A DNA stretch of 63,846 nt from Paraspadella gotoi (taxonomy: Eukaryota; Animalia; Chaetognatha), in contig CM119268.1 of the NCBI GenBank assembly GCA_051294375.1, positions 16,107,682-16,171,527 on the forward strand, read 5' to 3'. The notes below the pieces were generated by a model. The model was given only the letters and a program-made list of their open reading frames with translations. It had not been told where the DNA came from and did no database searches. A program made the position numbers and the translations under genes. Position 1 is the first letter of the stretch. Each line of letters opens with the position of its first letter. Positions 1 through 18,751 of the stretch are shown here, one piece after another.

Positions 1-284
1 GGGGGGGGGCAAGGTGAGTAAGTGATGACGGGAGTGAGGAGCGAGATACTCTGCGAAGGATAAAACCGATGAAAGGTCAGAGGTCAACCGACTCTCGAAA
101 AAAAAATTANNNNNNNNNNNNNNNNNNNNNNNNNNNNNNNNNNNNNNNNNNNNNNNNNNNNNNNNNNTCCGTAAGAGTTAACTATAGAATTAAAGTTTTT
201 CTTTTCTTTTTTTCTTTTTCTTTGAAGAGAAAAAGAAAAAGAATGAAGAAGAAAAAAAAACGTCGATAGGTGAATAAATACAAA

Positions 285-4760
<4,476 letters not shown>

Positions 4761-4855
4761 TTTCTTTTCATCTTCATTTTCTTTTTCTTTTATTCTTTTC
4801 TATAATTCTTTCTTTTTTTTCTTTTTATTTCTTTCTTTTTTTTCATTTTCCTTTT

Positions 4856-5650
<795 letters not shown>

Positions 5651-6697
5651 TTTTCTTATCTTTCTTTTATCTTACGATAGTTTGTCTTATTTCTTCAGTC
5701 TTCTTTCTTATCTTTCTCTTTCTTTCTATATCTTTCTTTTCTTTTCCTTTCTTCTTTTCTTTCTTCTTTTCTTTTTCTTTCTTTCTTTCTCTTTCTTTTT
5801 TTTCTTTTCCTTTTTTTCTTTTTTTTTGTATTTCTTTTTTTTCCTTTTCTTTTCTTTTCTCTTTCTTTTTTTCTTTCTTTCTTTTCTTTTCTTTCTTCTT
5901 TCTTTCTTTCTTTTTCTTTATCTTCTTCTTTTTCTTTTCTTTCTCTTTTTTTNNNNNNNNNNNNNNNNNNNNNNNNNAATCTCATGTTCAGAAAGAGATC
6001 CTACTCTCGGGAGGAAGAAACTCTCATCTCTTCACTCTTTCACTTACTCGCTCGATCTTGTGATGAAACGTTTCTTGCGAGAAAAAAAAAAACAAAGGAG
6101 ATTAAATAACTCTCTTTGAGATTCTATTTTTTTTTGTTTGATACGTTTTAACGAATTTGAATTAAGTTAAAACTTGGGTCACATCAATTACGCTGTATAA
6201 GACAAAATTTCTAAGCGACTCTTATCAAAACCATTTATATTCGCCGAAACAAAATTGTTAAATCAAGTTTTCCTTGTAATTTTTTTTATTTAATTTGATT
6301 TTGAAAGGCTCGGAATTTCATGATTTTTTTTAAAACAACTTTTCCCACTAACGCCGTCCGTAAACTGAAAGGTTGTACTTAACGGTGCGCGCACTTGGCT
6401 TCTCGAAAGACGTAACCTTCGATCACCCCACAAATTTCGAGACATGATTCGTCTCGCTCAATGTTTGTTTTCAGGTCTAGACTGGGAAGTGCACTCTCAA
6501 AAACCCAGGACAAACGGATATCTTTTTTTAGACAAAACCAGAAAACGAAAATCTTTATGTTCCGAATAACTGACAGAGATATTATCAAAATTTTTAAATT
6601 CCATTGAGATTTTATGAAATTAGTACAACCAATATAAAACTTATCCATTATACAACAGTTCTTTATCTGAAGCGATATGAAGCGAAAAATAAACAGA

Positions 6698-6891
6698 TGT
6701 GGCGGTATATTCACACCGCCTCACGTCCACCATCGTTCAGCCAATACCATCAACAGTCCTAACGACTTCCTTGAGCGAGATCGTCCTTGGGTAACCGCGC
6801 CAGTGACAGGAGGCGTCACTGAGGATCGGAAGCCCCCAAAGCCAACAGTGAGATGCCCCATCCCAATGGGCATCACAGGCAACCCGGCATA
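6698..6891 (+). mobile_element. Internally deleted solo LTR, family 1 (degenerate twister core 6775-6836)
   Basis: TGTGGCGGTATATTCACACCGCC start, ...GGCATA end, 4-bp TSD CAGA; lacks the 5' strand of P5. Confidence 0.85.
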
Positions 6892-7741
6892 CAGATTGAT
6901 TTGCTATCTGAATTATCGTTTAAAATGCGCGGTAATATATAATTCGTACTTACCTTCAGATTCCCCAATTTTAAGCTTAGTACCCGCGAGACGAGACACT
7001 CTCTCCCTCCGGATGTTGGAATCCCCAAGATTTTGGAATCATCCGGACTTTGGAATTGTGAATAAGGCGCTAATTGGGTTGAATAGTGCTATCGGATAGC
7101 TATCCGCAACTTCTTTAACCCCCTCTAGCAACCATGGCGTGAGGGTTTTTAAGACCCCTAAGGCGGTTTAATAAATGGGAATGAGCTGATGGTATTACTT
7201 AATGAGCCAGCGGCTCACGGCTGAAAACGTTGTGCTTATAGGTGGGGTGACGACTGAAACACCGAATATTTTCAAGCCTTGGATGTCATTGTAATCCCCT
7301 GGCCGTGCAATATTGGGATGTAATAATCCCCCATGATATTAGAACCCCAGAATATTTGAATGCCCCCTGATGAAGGAATTACCCGGATCTCTGAATCACC
7401 CGGATGTTGGAGTTCCTCGACTTTAGCGTGAAAAGAAGCGTTGACTGGAAACCCGGATGTTCGATCATCAGCTGCTTCGGGTGAAAATCGAATCAAGAGG
7501 AAGATTTACGGAAACGAGCAAAAAGTTAAGACTTCGTAGGGGAAAAAATGATGAAAAATACGAGTTAAAATCTGCGGAACGTTGTTAAATAATGTGGTAA
7601 AATGAAAAGAGTCGGACTGTCTCTCTAGCTCTATTTGTCTATGTCACTTTATACAATTCGTACCAAGGTTGGTTGAATAAAAAAAAAAAAGAATCTGAGA
7701 AATTTTTAATCCAAAACCGGTCTTCCATACCGAGATAAACA

Positions 7742-7831
<90 letters not shown>

Positions 7832-8129
7832 TTCCCTTTTCCTATTTTTTCTATCTAAATTTTTTTCCTTTCATTCTTCTACATGATAATCTACAGCAAT
7901 TATTTGTCTAATCACTGTGAATGACAGCTGGAGAGATAATCACACGAGAGAGTCGGGAGAAATAGTCAGATGAAACAGAGAAGCAAAAAAACGGTTAATC
8001 CCAAGGTGTAGCGCCACATGTTTTTTATTGACATGATCATGAATTTATTCTAATTCTTAGAGATGCTCTATTGAGTATTAGATTTAAGTTCTGTTAAAAA
8101 CAAAAGGCGGTCGCCACGTAGTCGCTTAC

Positions 8130-8309
8130 ATTTGATTTTTAACAAATGAGCAACAAACTCGAGGCAGTTTATAAGCATTTTTAACCGAAGCGCAGGTGGG
8201 ACAGACTGATGGACAAAACATACTGATGGACCATATGGACCGACCGATGCTCCGATCCGAAAAGTGACTATAGAGTTGCTCCGCGAGTACTCGCGGCGCA
8301 ACTAAAAAA
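8130..8309 (+). mobile_element. Short Helentron/DINE-like non-autonomous element
   Basis: (GGAC/GACC)-type tetranucleotide region followed by tatag, the palindrome agttgctccgcgagtactcgcggcgcaact and an A-run; reverse copy at 59592-59750, partial at 60688-60770. Confidence 0.6.
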
Positions 8310-8367
8310 GGAAGAGATAAAAAACGAGATAGAGAGAGAGAGAAGAGAGATGAGAGAGAGGAGAGAG

Positions 8368-8426
<59 letters not shown>

Positions 8427-8727
8427 TAAAGCAAGGAACTACTAGCCACATTGCCTTTACTCGCTTTTCTCATTCCACTCGTTTCGTCCCTTGGTGATTC
8501 CAGGCGGAGCTTATTTTCGTCTTTACCCTCAACTCACGGAAGCGGGATAGGGGGCATACCGTGAGTCGAGGCGAGATATTTCTGGCGAGTGGGCGTGCCA
8601 TAACGGCGGACGTGTCTTCAGGCGCGAAGAACGGGAATTCGGCTTTAGCAAGGCCCCTTTCGGTTTGAAGGGAGCCGGATATTAAATATTACAAAATCAC
8701 GTTTTAGAGGTATATTTTTATGTAGTT

Positions 8728-9385
8728 TAATAGCTCATTCTAAAGTAAAATGCCTAACTAAATAGTAAAATATCCTTGCAAAAAATGTTTTCAGTACTCG
8801 GCTTGCCTGAAATACAAGATTCAAACATGGAAGATATAAATGATCAACAAGTGTTTGGAAAAATCAGTTTTGAGAAACGGATGTCTATCGCATTGAAGCT
8901 CAGAATGCGAAGAAAAGGTTAAGTGTAAATATAAAACGTTGATAAGACCAATGGGGGTTATAGGTCACTCGACCCCCCGAATCGGCGAAGATCTTGTAGA
9001 ACAGGTGAAGCGTTGTTGGGGGGGGGCGGCAAGGTGAGTAAGTGATGACAGGGAGTGAGGAGCGAGATAACTCTGCGAAAGGATAAAAACCGATGAAGGT
9101 CAGAGGTCAACCGACTCGTCCGAGAAAAAAAAATTTACTCCATAATTTTTTTATCTTCTTTTTTTTAACCTCGAAAGTTACAAATAAAACCTCCATAAGA
9201 GTTAACTATGAGAATTAAAGTGTTTCTTTTCGTTTCTTTTCTTTTTCTTGAAGAGAAAAAAGAAAAAGAATGAAAAAGAAAAAAAACCGTCGACAACGAC
9301 TTTATTCTTTGAAGGAATTAAATTGTTGAAGGCGTAAACAGGAATCGTTTTTGAAAGAGGGGTATGCGAGGAGAGAGAGAGACGA

Positions 9386-9430
<45 letters not shown>

Positions 9431-10242
9431 AGCAGAGAGGAGAGTTAGAAGAGTATGAGGAGAGAGAGAGAAGAGAACTAAACGTTAACGAGTCTCTTTT
9501 CGTCCTCTATATTGTGAAGCAATGTATGACTCTAGACCAGAGCAGAATACGACAACACGTAACAGACATCACGTCCTCAACCAAAACAACCGCTAAAAAC
9601 AAAACAAAACAGCGTTTGAAAAAGGCAAAAAAGACCGGGAGCACGTTAACCGAGAGAATGACGTGGTCCGTTGTTGTTGTTGTTGTTGTTGTTGCGTAGT
9701 TAATGTAAATATTTGAAGAAGTCTCAAAGTGTCGTTGTAAAGTTTAAAAGTCATCACAGGATTTATTCACCAACCCAGTAGTAGAGAACAATCTAGAAAT
9801 GACCGTAAAAAATTTGAAAATGATTATGGAGTAACTTCATTATGGAGATTATTTGAATTAATAAATCCGTTCAGATAAAAATTTACACTATTTTAATTCA
9901 TGACCATATTTTATCCATTGGACACGATCATCTTCAGGTCAAATCTAATAAATTTATTAACTAAATACGAGTGCGAAGGTAATTTATTATACGATTTAAT
10001 TTTGTATATTTTTCGATTATTGACATATTTTCATTACGTTTAAACTGGCAATTTTTTTACTGTAGAGATTTTGGCCAAAGCAGAAGACCAAGCTGCAGTC
10101 CTTCTCGTACTTTCAAAATCCGTCGCAATTCTTATGTAATACGCTAATCGATTTTGAAAGATCTCCTCTTTTCACGACCATGCTGTTCTTATGCACAATT
10201 AAGACTTCATCACGCGCTTTACAAAACGCCCCTCGCTGGGCA

Positions 10243-10273
<31 letters not shown>

Positions 10274-10375
10274 TTGTCTCTCTCTTTGTCTCTTTGTCGT
10301 TTCGTAGGTTTTGCTGTCAGCCCTGTCTTATCTTTCACGTACTGTCTGTATGTTTTCAGTTGTAATCTCTCTCTC

Positions 10376-10406
<31 letters not shown>

Positions 10407-11395
10407 CCTCTCTTCTCTCTCTCTTCTCTCTCTCTCTCTCCTCTCATCTCCTCTCTCTCATCCTAGGCGTCTCGCCTCATCATGATTTTCAAAGCTGAAG
10501 AATCGATCCGTTTTCTCTCTTCCGTTTCCGGCAGGGGCGCATGATTGGAGAGGACGCGCGCAGTCCATTAAAACGGAAACCATCCAAAGACGATCCGCGA
10601 GACTCGTTATCGGCTTTTTGACGATCACGTGGCTATCGTCGTTCATGTCGTTGTTTTCAGTCGTCGTTGTTGTCGTCGTCCTGCATCGTTGTCGTCGTCG
10701 TTGTTGTTGATATTTCGGCGTCATCCGTTAAATTTTTTGGGGGTAATTTTTTTTGTCATTTGTTAGAGATATAATGCAATCTTGATTTTGTACCAAAATT
10801 GAAAACTTCTTATTTTTTTCCGTTCCAAAATATTTTTGCGATAAGTAACACAAATATTATTATTTTTGGTTTGTTCGAAATTCAGACTCCTATCTATGAA
10901 ATTGGTAAACTCAATATAATTATCCATTCATTTAATAAATAAGACTAATCTTGCCCCTGACATTTGACAGGCTTTGGTGTTTAAGGCCTCCATCACTCTT
11001 ACAAGATAATTACATAGCAGGTCCCTGCAAGCTTTCAATCAGACTCCCAGAGTACCTGGCTTCCCTATCATGAAGTGGAAAATATTTTCAAAGAATGTTT
11101 CAATTGTATGAAAAGACCACTCCTTAAGTATTAGATCGGGGAATACTATTGTACTCCGCACTAGCATCAAATACAAGAAGCTGAATTTTATGAAATTGTA
11201 CAACCAATATAAAAATTATCCATTCATTTAATAAATAGCTATCTTGCCCCTAATCTTTCTGTATTCTTTTCTATAACTTAATGAAATTTCAATGGTCATC
11301 TGAGTTATCAATAACTGACCTCTTCATTGCTTGCGCTCTGTGATTTCGCCGTCTCAATATTCAACGTCACAGATTTGAGAGAAAATTAGTTTACT

Positions 11396-11471
<76 letters not shown>

Positions 11472-12499
11472 CTAACGCCACCAAATGATTGATTGAATCC
11501 CCGCGTTGCTTCTTAGCTGTTAAATTAGTAAGAAAAAGAAAACCCCGACCAGAAAAGTTCGAAAATAACGACGACGACGACGAACGAACGACGACGCTAA
11601 CGGCGAAAACGACTAAGATGAAACGACGACGACAAAATAGACGACGTTGACGAAAATGACGACGAACGATAATAATGACAACTCTCGACAACTTTCGACG
11701 ATAATACGAACGACAAAAAAGACGAAAACAAAATAACGACGATGAAAACGAAATGGCGAAACTGACGACGACGCCGAACGACGACGAACGACGACGACAG
11801 ACGTCGAGATGACGACGACGACAACGACAAGAAGAAGACGATAATGACGACGACGACGACTTTAAAAGAAAAGTCGAGACGTCAACACCGAAGAAAACTC
11901 CTTCGACTGAAGCGACTCAAACGAGGGAGGGCATGTTTAGGGTCAGGGTTCCGCATCGGCTCTTCCAGGGAAAACGAGGCGGCTGCTCAAAGTCAGTCGC
12001 TGATCGTAATCCCTGCCAAAAAACGAGTTGATCTCCGTTTCCTCCTTCGCTTCGCTTCCGGTTTCCGTCGAATCGCCATTTTCTTTTAAAATATTTACTA
12101 TTTCAAAAACTTTACCATTTCTTAATGTTTTTATTTCCTTTTTAATCATTTCTCTCTTTGAGAATTTATTCCATTTAATTTAACTCCATTCTGTACATTT
12201 TTTTCATCGCCTTTTCAATTGGTCACCTTCCCAACCCCTTTTAGAAAATGAAAGAGAATGTTAAAAAAAGAGAATATTGCTCGAAAATGTTAAAAATGTT
12301 AAAAATTAAAAACTCATCTTTTTTTTCTTATTTTCGGGGCCATTTCTTTTCTTTTCCTTCCGTTATCTTTCTTTCCTTTCTTTTCCTTTTCCTCTCCTCC
12401 CACAATCCTTTCCTTTCCTCTATCGTTTCATTTCCTAGCCTTTAATTCATTATAAATGTTTCCTTCCTTCGTCCCCCCTTCATCTCTCTCTACTCTCTC

Positions 12500-12553
<54 letters not shown>

Positions 12554-12790
12554 CTCTCTCTCTCTCTCAGTCTGTCTCCGAATTGACATTGCCTTCGCCT
12601 AAATTGGCGCGTCTTTATTTAAATGGCTTCTCAAAAGTCTGACTTTCGGATCAAGGAAAATAAATTACGAAAATTCAGAAAAGAGGGTTAATTTTTTGTC
12701 GAGTTTTTCACTCGAACAAAATCACGACTCTAACAAGGAAGTATTTTTTTCTTTTCTTTTGCTGTTCTGTTCTGTTCTGTCTGTTCTTTT
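8728..12790. repeat. Segmental duplicate B of about 285-4760
   Basis: Same order of unique blocks, microsatellites and (GAC)n tracts. Confidence 0.9.
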
Positions 12791-12968
12791 CTTTTCCTTT
12801 TTCTTCTTTTCTTTTCTTTTATTCTTTTCTTTTCTTTCTTTTCTTTTCTTTTCTTTTCTTTTTCCTTTTTTTCTTTTTTTTTTTTTTTTTCTTTTTTCTT
12901 TTTCTTTTTTTTTTTTTTTTTTTTTTTTCTTTCTTTCTTTTCTTTCTTTCTTCTTTCTTTCTTTCTTT

Positions 12969-13016
<48 letters not shown>

Positions 13017-15192
13017 TTTCTTTTCTTTGTTTAGTTTTTTTAGGTTTTTTTTATTATTTCTCATGATGAGTTTCAAGGTTTCTAAAACTGGTTTTTATTA
13101 CCAAGTTAGGACAAGACCCTTGAGATCTGTCGGTCTATTTTTTCCTGATTTTATTTTGTTTTATATTTAATTTCGTGAGAATAATCAACACATTTTTATT
13201 CTTTTCTCGCTCCTGGCCCTATTAATATATTCAATTAAATTTTAAAATTCAAATAAATTAAATAATAGAATAAAGCCAACGTTGCCGTTTGTATGTCAAT
13301 GACATTCTAAAATGAATTGTCGTAACGGTTGTCATCCTTGATGCGATATTCATTTTCAAATCGTTACTGGGATCCAGTTTCACACAAAGAGAAAAACGAG
13401 ATCCAGGTTTCCTTCCCGAACCTGAATTCTAGAATCTCCGAAAGTTTGTCATTGTCGCTGTCATCTTTCTTGTCGCTGTCATCCTTTGCTCTTTCCACAT
13501 CACCGTCAAAGTTTTCATAGTCATTGCCTTGTTTTCCTTATGATAAAATTCTTCATCGATCATCATCGTCATCGGTTGTCGCTGTAGTCGTTGTCACTGT
13601 TCCATTCATTGTCATCATTCTCGTCGTCATCATCCCCATTTCCCCAATTTTGTCGCCATCATTCACCTTCATCATCCAAGTCGTTAAATCGCCCTTATCC
13701 TTGTTGATATTTCCCGCCGTTGTCATTTTGTTCTTAAATTTTTTTTTTTCTGAAGATTTAAAGTCGCGATATAAATAGAATCTGATTTACGTCTCGTCGT
13801 CATTGATCACCTTCATCGCCTTCATCGTCGTCATAGTCATCGTCGCCTCTCAGTTCTCCCCGAGGATGTGACCCTCTTCTGGTTTCGGGTCACGTGACCG
13901 ATTGGCGTAGCGAAGGTTTAAAAATGTGTTTCCTGTTTTCATCAATCGAGCTTTTCCAGTTTTACAGGGTGTCTCTCTCTCTCTCTTTCTCTTTCTCTGT
14001 CTCTCTTTCTTTCCTATCAGTTTCATAAAATAATGTTTTTCCTCGACCCTGACGTTTGTGGCGATTTTAATCAAATGTTACGCATTTTCTGTTTAAATAA
14101 TTTTTTTTTAAAATTGTGTCGATTCCGAATGTTCATCGTTTAAACTTTTTAAATGTGTCAAAGCCGAATATTAACCCTAAGGTTGTGAACTCGACGGATT
14201 TTTCTTAAATTTAATTTCACGAGTGACGTTCAACCCGAGCTCTTGACTTAAGTCCAACATCTCATATCTAGAGTCTATTATCTTCAGATCAGACTGGGAA
14301 ATTTTAAACTTTTGTCACGGACTTTGATTCTTTATTTGTCCAAGTTAAACCTGCACTCATCTGAAGAATCTCCGCTCAATGGACTACGAAGCCTCATCTC
14401 TCAGTAGTATATACTGGACATTAGAGTGGAGCACTCAAGAACAAAAAATTTATCTGAATGATTGAACAAATGAGTTATTAGATGTGAGATAGTACGATTA
14501 ACTAGTACAAAAATATTTTTGTTCATATTATCTCGGGAACAGAATAGTAAAATATAAAATATATTTATAGTAAATCCTTATAAAAATAGTAAATTTTTAA
14601 AAATTAAATTTAATAAACACTTTTAATAAAGATTCAGATTTCTTCATAAAAAAGGTGAATCAAAAAATATAAAAAATGTTATCAAAATTCTCATCTTCAA
14701 TGTTTAAATAAGAAAAAAGGTGAAAATATTCCTGACTTTTTTAATTCTCTGTAGTAGAAACTTATATATGTTAAAACGTTTTAGTCATTTTTTGTGATCT
14801 AAAACATTAAATAATCATATAACATATTTTATAAAAGTTTCTTAGTTTTTTACAGCGAATCCAAATCAGTTTTAAAAAAATATTATTTTGAATTTGACGA
14901 TTTTATAAGGATATTACTAACATAAATAATTGAAATTTGGCTATACTGTTCTGCTAAAAAAAATTTTAAAGAGGATTTAAAATTCATTAATTATATGTCC
15001 CATAGGCAGCAAAAAAATAATGTTCAAATTCACTTCAATCTTTCATCATTGACATTCCAGCTGCCCACACCGCTACTGGACCTAATATATCATACTGATA
15101 TCATATATATACTATTATATACTATAATATTATTAATTATATATATACCTGGACAATCTTCTTCTCTCTCCTCCCTCTCTTTCTCTCCTCTT

Positions 15193-15228
<36 letters not shown>

Positions 15229-17908
15229 CTCGTTTCTCTCCCTCTCTCTGCTCTCATCTTTTTCAACTCTTTTGCAAAATTGACTCGTTACTCTGATATT
15301 TTTGACATTTCTTGTTCAGTATCAACTCTCGCTCGAAAATGTCACCCACCATTAGTCCAAACGAGCGAGAGAAGGAGAAGTCTGATCCACTTTTCACGAG
15401 TGAGATTAAAATCGAGAAATTGAAAAGGCCAAAGAAAGAGATCCAATCCAGGATGCTTTTGTCGTTGCTTGGCAACATTACCATGACTTTTTTGTTTTTG
15501 TTTTTGTCTGGGCGATCGAGCGGAGAAAGATTTCGAGGTCGGCTCCCATGTTTATTTTCTGGTCCCAAAAAATGAGAAATAAATTTTAAACAGCTTCATA
15601 TTATCCTTCGCTTATAAATATATTTTCTAGAATAAGAAAAGATAAATTTTATCCTAAAAAATATGGTTCAAAATATTTCTTACCTTTCACCAAGTCTCAA
15701 AATACAAAATTATTTTTGTCACATATCTTTCCCCCTCCCCCCACACACCTCACCAAAGAAAAAGATTGGCATTAAATTTTGATTATGAAGCGACGGAACA
15801 AAAGGTCGAACGAAAAACAAAATGTACAGTGAACTTGAATTGTTGTAAAAAGATTAAACTTGTTAAAGAATCAATTATTCGTCTTTCTCATCGTCCTCAT
15901 GAGATGTTTTTACGAATTTCTCAATCGCATATCTCTCTCTCTCTAAATCTTAGGCTGCTTCAAAACTTCACGCTTGCCCAAGCGGACTCGACCGTACAAA
16001 CCCATTAGCCTGCCCGCCCATTAGCCTCGATCCGCCCCTTCCGAACTTCCACCGTCTCGAGGATCGGGCGATGCGAAGATCAAAACCCGAAAGTCCACGA
16101 TTCGTCCAGGATAATTCTCAATTAATTAATTGATGGAAAGCAACGTCTGATCGATTCTTATTTCCAGCAAACGTCGATAACAATAAAGTAAACCGCCATT
16201 CAAATCTAATGGTATCTTTTTCGTAAANNNNNNNNNNNNNNNNNNNNNNNNNNNNNNNNNNNNNNNNNNNNNNNNNNNNNNNNNNNNNNNNNNNNNNNNN
16301 NNNNNNNNNNNNNNNNNNNNNNNNNNNNNNNNNNNNNNNNNNNNNNNNNNNNNNNNNNNNNNNNNNNNNNNNNNNNNNNNNNNNNNNNNNNNNNNNNNNN
16401 NNNNNNNNNNNNNNNNNNNNNNNNNNNNNNNNNNNNNNNNNNNNNNNNNNNNNNNNNNNNNNNNNNNNNNNNNNNNNNNNNNNNNNNNNNNNNNNNNNNN
16501 NNNNNNNNNNNNNNNNNNNNNNNNNNNNNNNNNNNNNNNNNNNNNNNNNNNNNNNNNNNNNNNNNNNNNNNNNNNNNNNNNNNNNNNNNNNNNNNNNNNN
16601 NNNNNNNNNNNNNNNNNNNNNNNNNNNNNNNNNNNNNNNNNNNNNNNNNNNNNNNNNNNNNNNNNNNNNNNNNNNNNNNNNNNNNNNNNNNNNNNNNNNN
16701 NNNNNNNNNNNNNNNNNNNNNNNNNNNNNNNNNNNNNNNNNNNNNNNNNNNNNNNNNNNNNNNNNNNNNNNNNNNNNNNNNNNNNNNNNNNNNNNNNNNN
16801 NNNNNNNNNNNNNNNNNNNNNNNNNNNNNNNNNNNNNNNNNNNNNNNNNNNNNNNNNNNNNNNCCGGCGAGATCGTAATACTTTATCTTTTAAATCTCGA
16901 GTGATCCAAATAAATGAGATAAATTCGCTTTATTACGTCACCTTGTTTTCTCCGGTTAATCATCACCTAATTATAATTGTTTAAAAAATATTGAAAAAAA
17001 TTCTAAATCAGTGATAACTAGCAAATGTTAAGTTGTAACTATTTTAGAAACGAATTAAATTACTCTTTTTTTTTCTTATCCCGGGTTATCAATCTTTCAC
17101 ATTCCAACTTCGCACAGGAGTGACCCCGTCGATTTTATTTCACTGGATTCCGTTCGCGCGACGATCGAATCGCTCGGGAGAAACTCTGAAAATCGAAGCG
17201 CGTTCGTGAGGCGCGACCAATTTTTTGAAAAGAAAAAAAAATCTGAGGCCTAATAATTTAGAAAAGAAAGAAAGATGGGCCGCAAAAATCACAGGTAATT
17301 TCACGTTTATACTTTAAAATTGAAGACTTTCTTAAACATTTCTTAATTTCATTGAAATTTTTCTTTTTCATTTACAGCCTGAATTGAGGAAAAAAAATGT
17401 AAAGTAAAACATTTTTCCGAGGCCTTAACTTATTTGAAGATAATATTACGATAATCCTAAGTATACATACTTATCAGAAAATATATTTTCAAGTTTTTTT
17501 CCCACCGTTTTGAGCATTACGTCCCCGTTTGCCCACTGGGCCCAGCGTTTCTAAAATTCACCTCTTACCACTTGAAACGCAATATTAGTTTTCTTTGTTT
17601 ACCTTTAAAACTTCAACTAAATTCTAATCTCAACATCTATTACCTATAACACTCGTTATAACCCCACTCACCACCCCGCAACCTCCATACACCCTACCCT
17701 CCCTAGATCCCCCCTTCCGGAGAAACCCCTCCCCCGCTCAGAAGAGTCGGCGTCGTCCAACGTTTCGTCCGCGGATGCTCACTTTCCCTCGCCGAGATCT
17801 GGCGACCTCCTCTTACCGCCTTCCGCCTCCGACGTCTTCGCTTCAGCCTCCGGACCGAATCTCTTCCACCCTTCCTCCTCTTCCTCCTCTCCCACCGCCT
17901 CCATCGTC

Positions 17909-18075
17909 ATGACGCCTCACCTCCGCCGCCTCCAGCGCCTCCACCGCTACTGGATCTTCGCCCTTACTTTCCTCTGCTACGTAGCGTATCACGCGTCGCG
18001 GAAGCCGCTCAGCGTCGTCAAGAACGTTCTGAACCGCAACTGCACAGCGCTGCGGGAAGAGTGGCTGGGAGAGAA
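17909..18075 (+). CDS. SLC37A2: SLC37A1/A2-like sugar phosphate exchanger (MFS, OPA family), coding exon 1
   Basis: Manual translation MTPHLRRLQRLHRYWIFALTFLCYVAYHASRKPLSVVKNVLNRNC...; the YHxSRKPxSxVK motif is typical of SLC37A1/2 TM1. GT donor (gtaagt) at 18076, phase 2. The frame is also open upstream to a possible acceptor at 17741, so the true start may be further 5'. Confidence 0.88.
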
Positions 18076-18371
18076 GTAAGTTGGATAAAGCTTAAAGGGT
18101 ACAAGGGTTAGAGGGCAGAGTGACGGGCAGGGAAGTCGATGGACGAGGAGTGGATTAGGAAGACATTCGTACTTATAGAAATTCTTCTAAAATCGGATAC
18201 GCAGTGCTATTTCTAAAACTATTCGGGTGAAAAGAAATAGAGAAAAAAAGGTGTGAGTAAAGTAAAAGGGGGAAAAAAGGATTAGAAGGTAAGTGACAAA
18301 GAAAGGATAAGATTCTCGAACACAATCTGCGACAAACGAATAAAAGAAAAAAACGCGAGAAAAGTGATGAG

Positions 18372-18626
18372 TGTGGCGGTATATTCACACCGCCTCACGT
18401 CCACCATCCGTCAGCCAAATCCATTGGCTCAGAGGGGGAACACACCATCCCAGGCGTAGTGTTCCATCCACAGTCCTAACGACTTCCCTCTGCGTTGGCA
18501 AAGCGAGACCGTCCTAGGGTAACCGCGCCAGTGACTGGAGGTGTCACTGAGGGTCGGAAGCCCCCAAAGCCAACAGTGAGATGCCCCATCCCAATGGGCA
18601 TCACAGACAACCCGGCTGTTGCCATA
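18372..18626 (+). mobile_element. Solo LTR, family 1, in the SLC37 intron after coding exon 1
   Basis: TGTGGC...GCCATA termini, 4-bp TSD TGAG on both sides, colinear with the LTRs at 37854-38615. Confidence 0.9.
18494..18574 (+). ncRNA. Putative twister ribozyme, type-P5 permutation with minimal P1
   Basis: P5 GUUGGC/GCCAAC; P2' GCGA-GA-T1' CCG; P1 UC(CUAG)GG; U^AA (18520/18521); P2 CCGC; T2 GC; P3 CAGUGAC/GUCACUG; A; P4 GGG/CCC with loop U-CGG-AA-GC. One C-A mismatch in P2. Confidence 0.75.
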
Positions 18627-18709
18627 TGAGGATCTTTTTCGCGCCGACTTTTCAGCGGCGAACACCTAACGCCGTCCTGAAGAACGCGTTGTCATAGAAA
18701 CGCGTCAAT

Positions 18710-18751
<42 letters not shown>

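Noticed and set aside
7185-7262. Possible hammerhead (ctgatgg...gagccagcggctc...gaaa)
   Set aside because: Core is not CUGANGA and stems I and III cannot be formed.
18372-18626. HDV-like ribozyme, or a 5-bp TSD interpretation
   Set aside because: No nested double pseudoknot could be built, whereas twister fits. A 5-bp TSD fits two copies but fails at the full element (GCATT vs GCATA).
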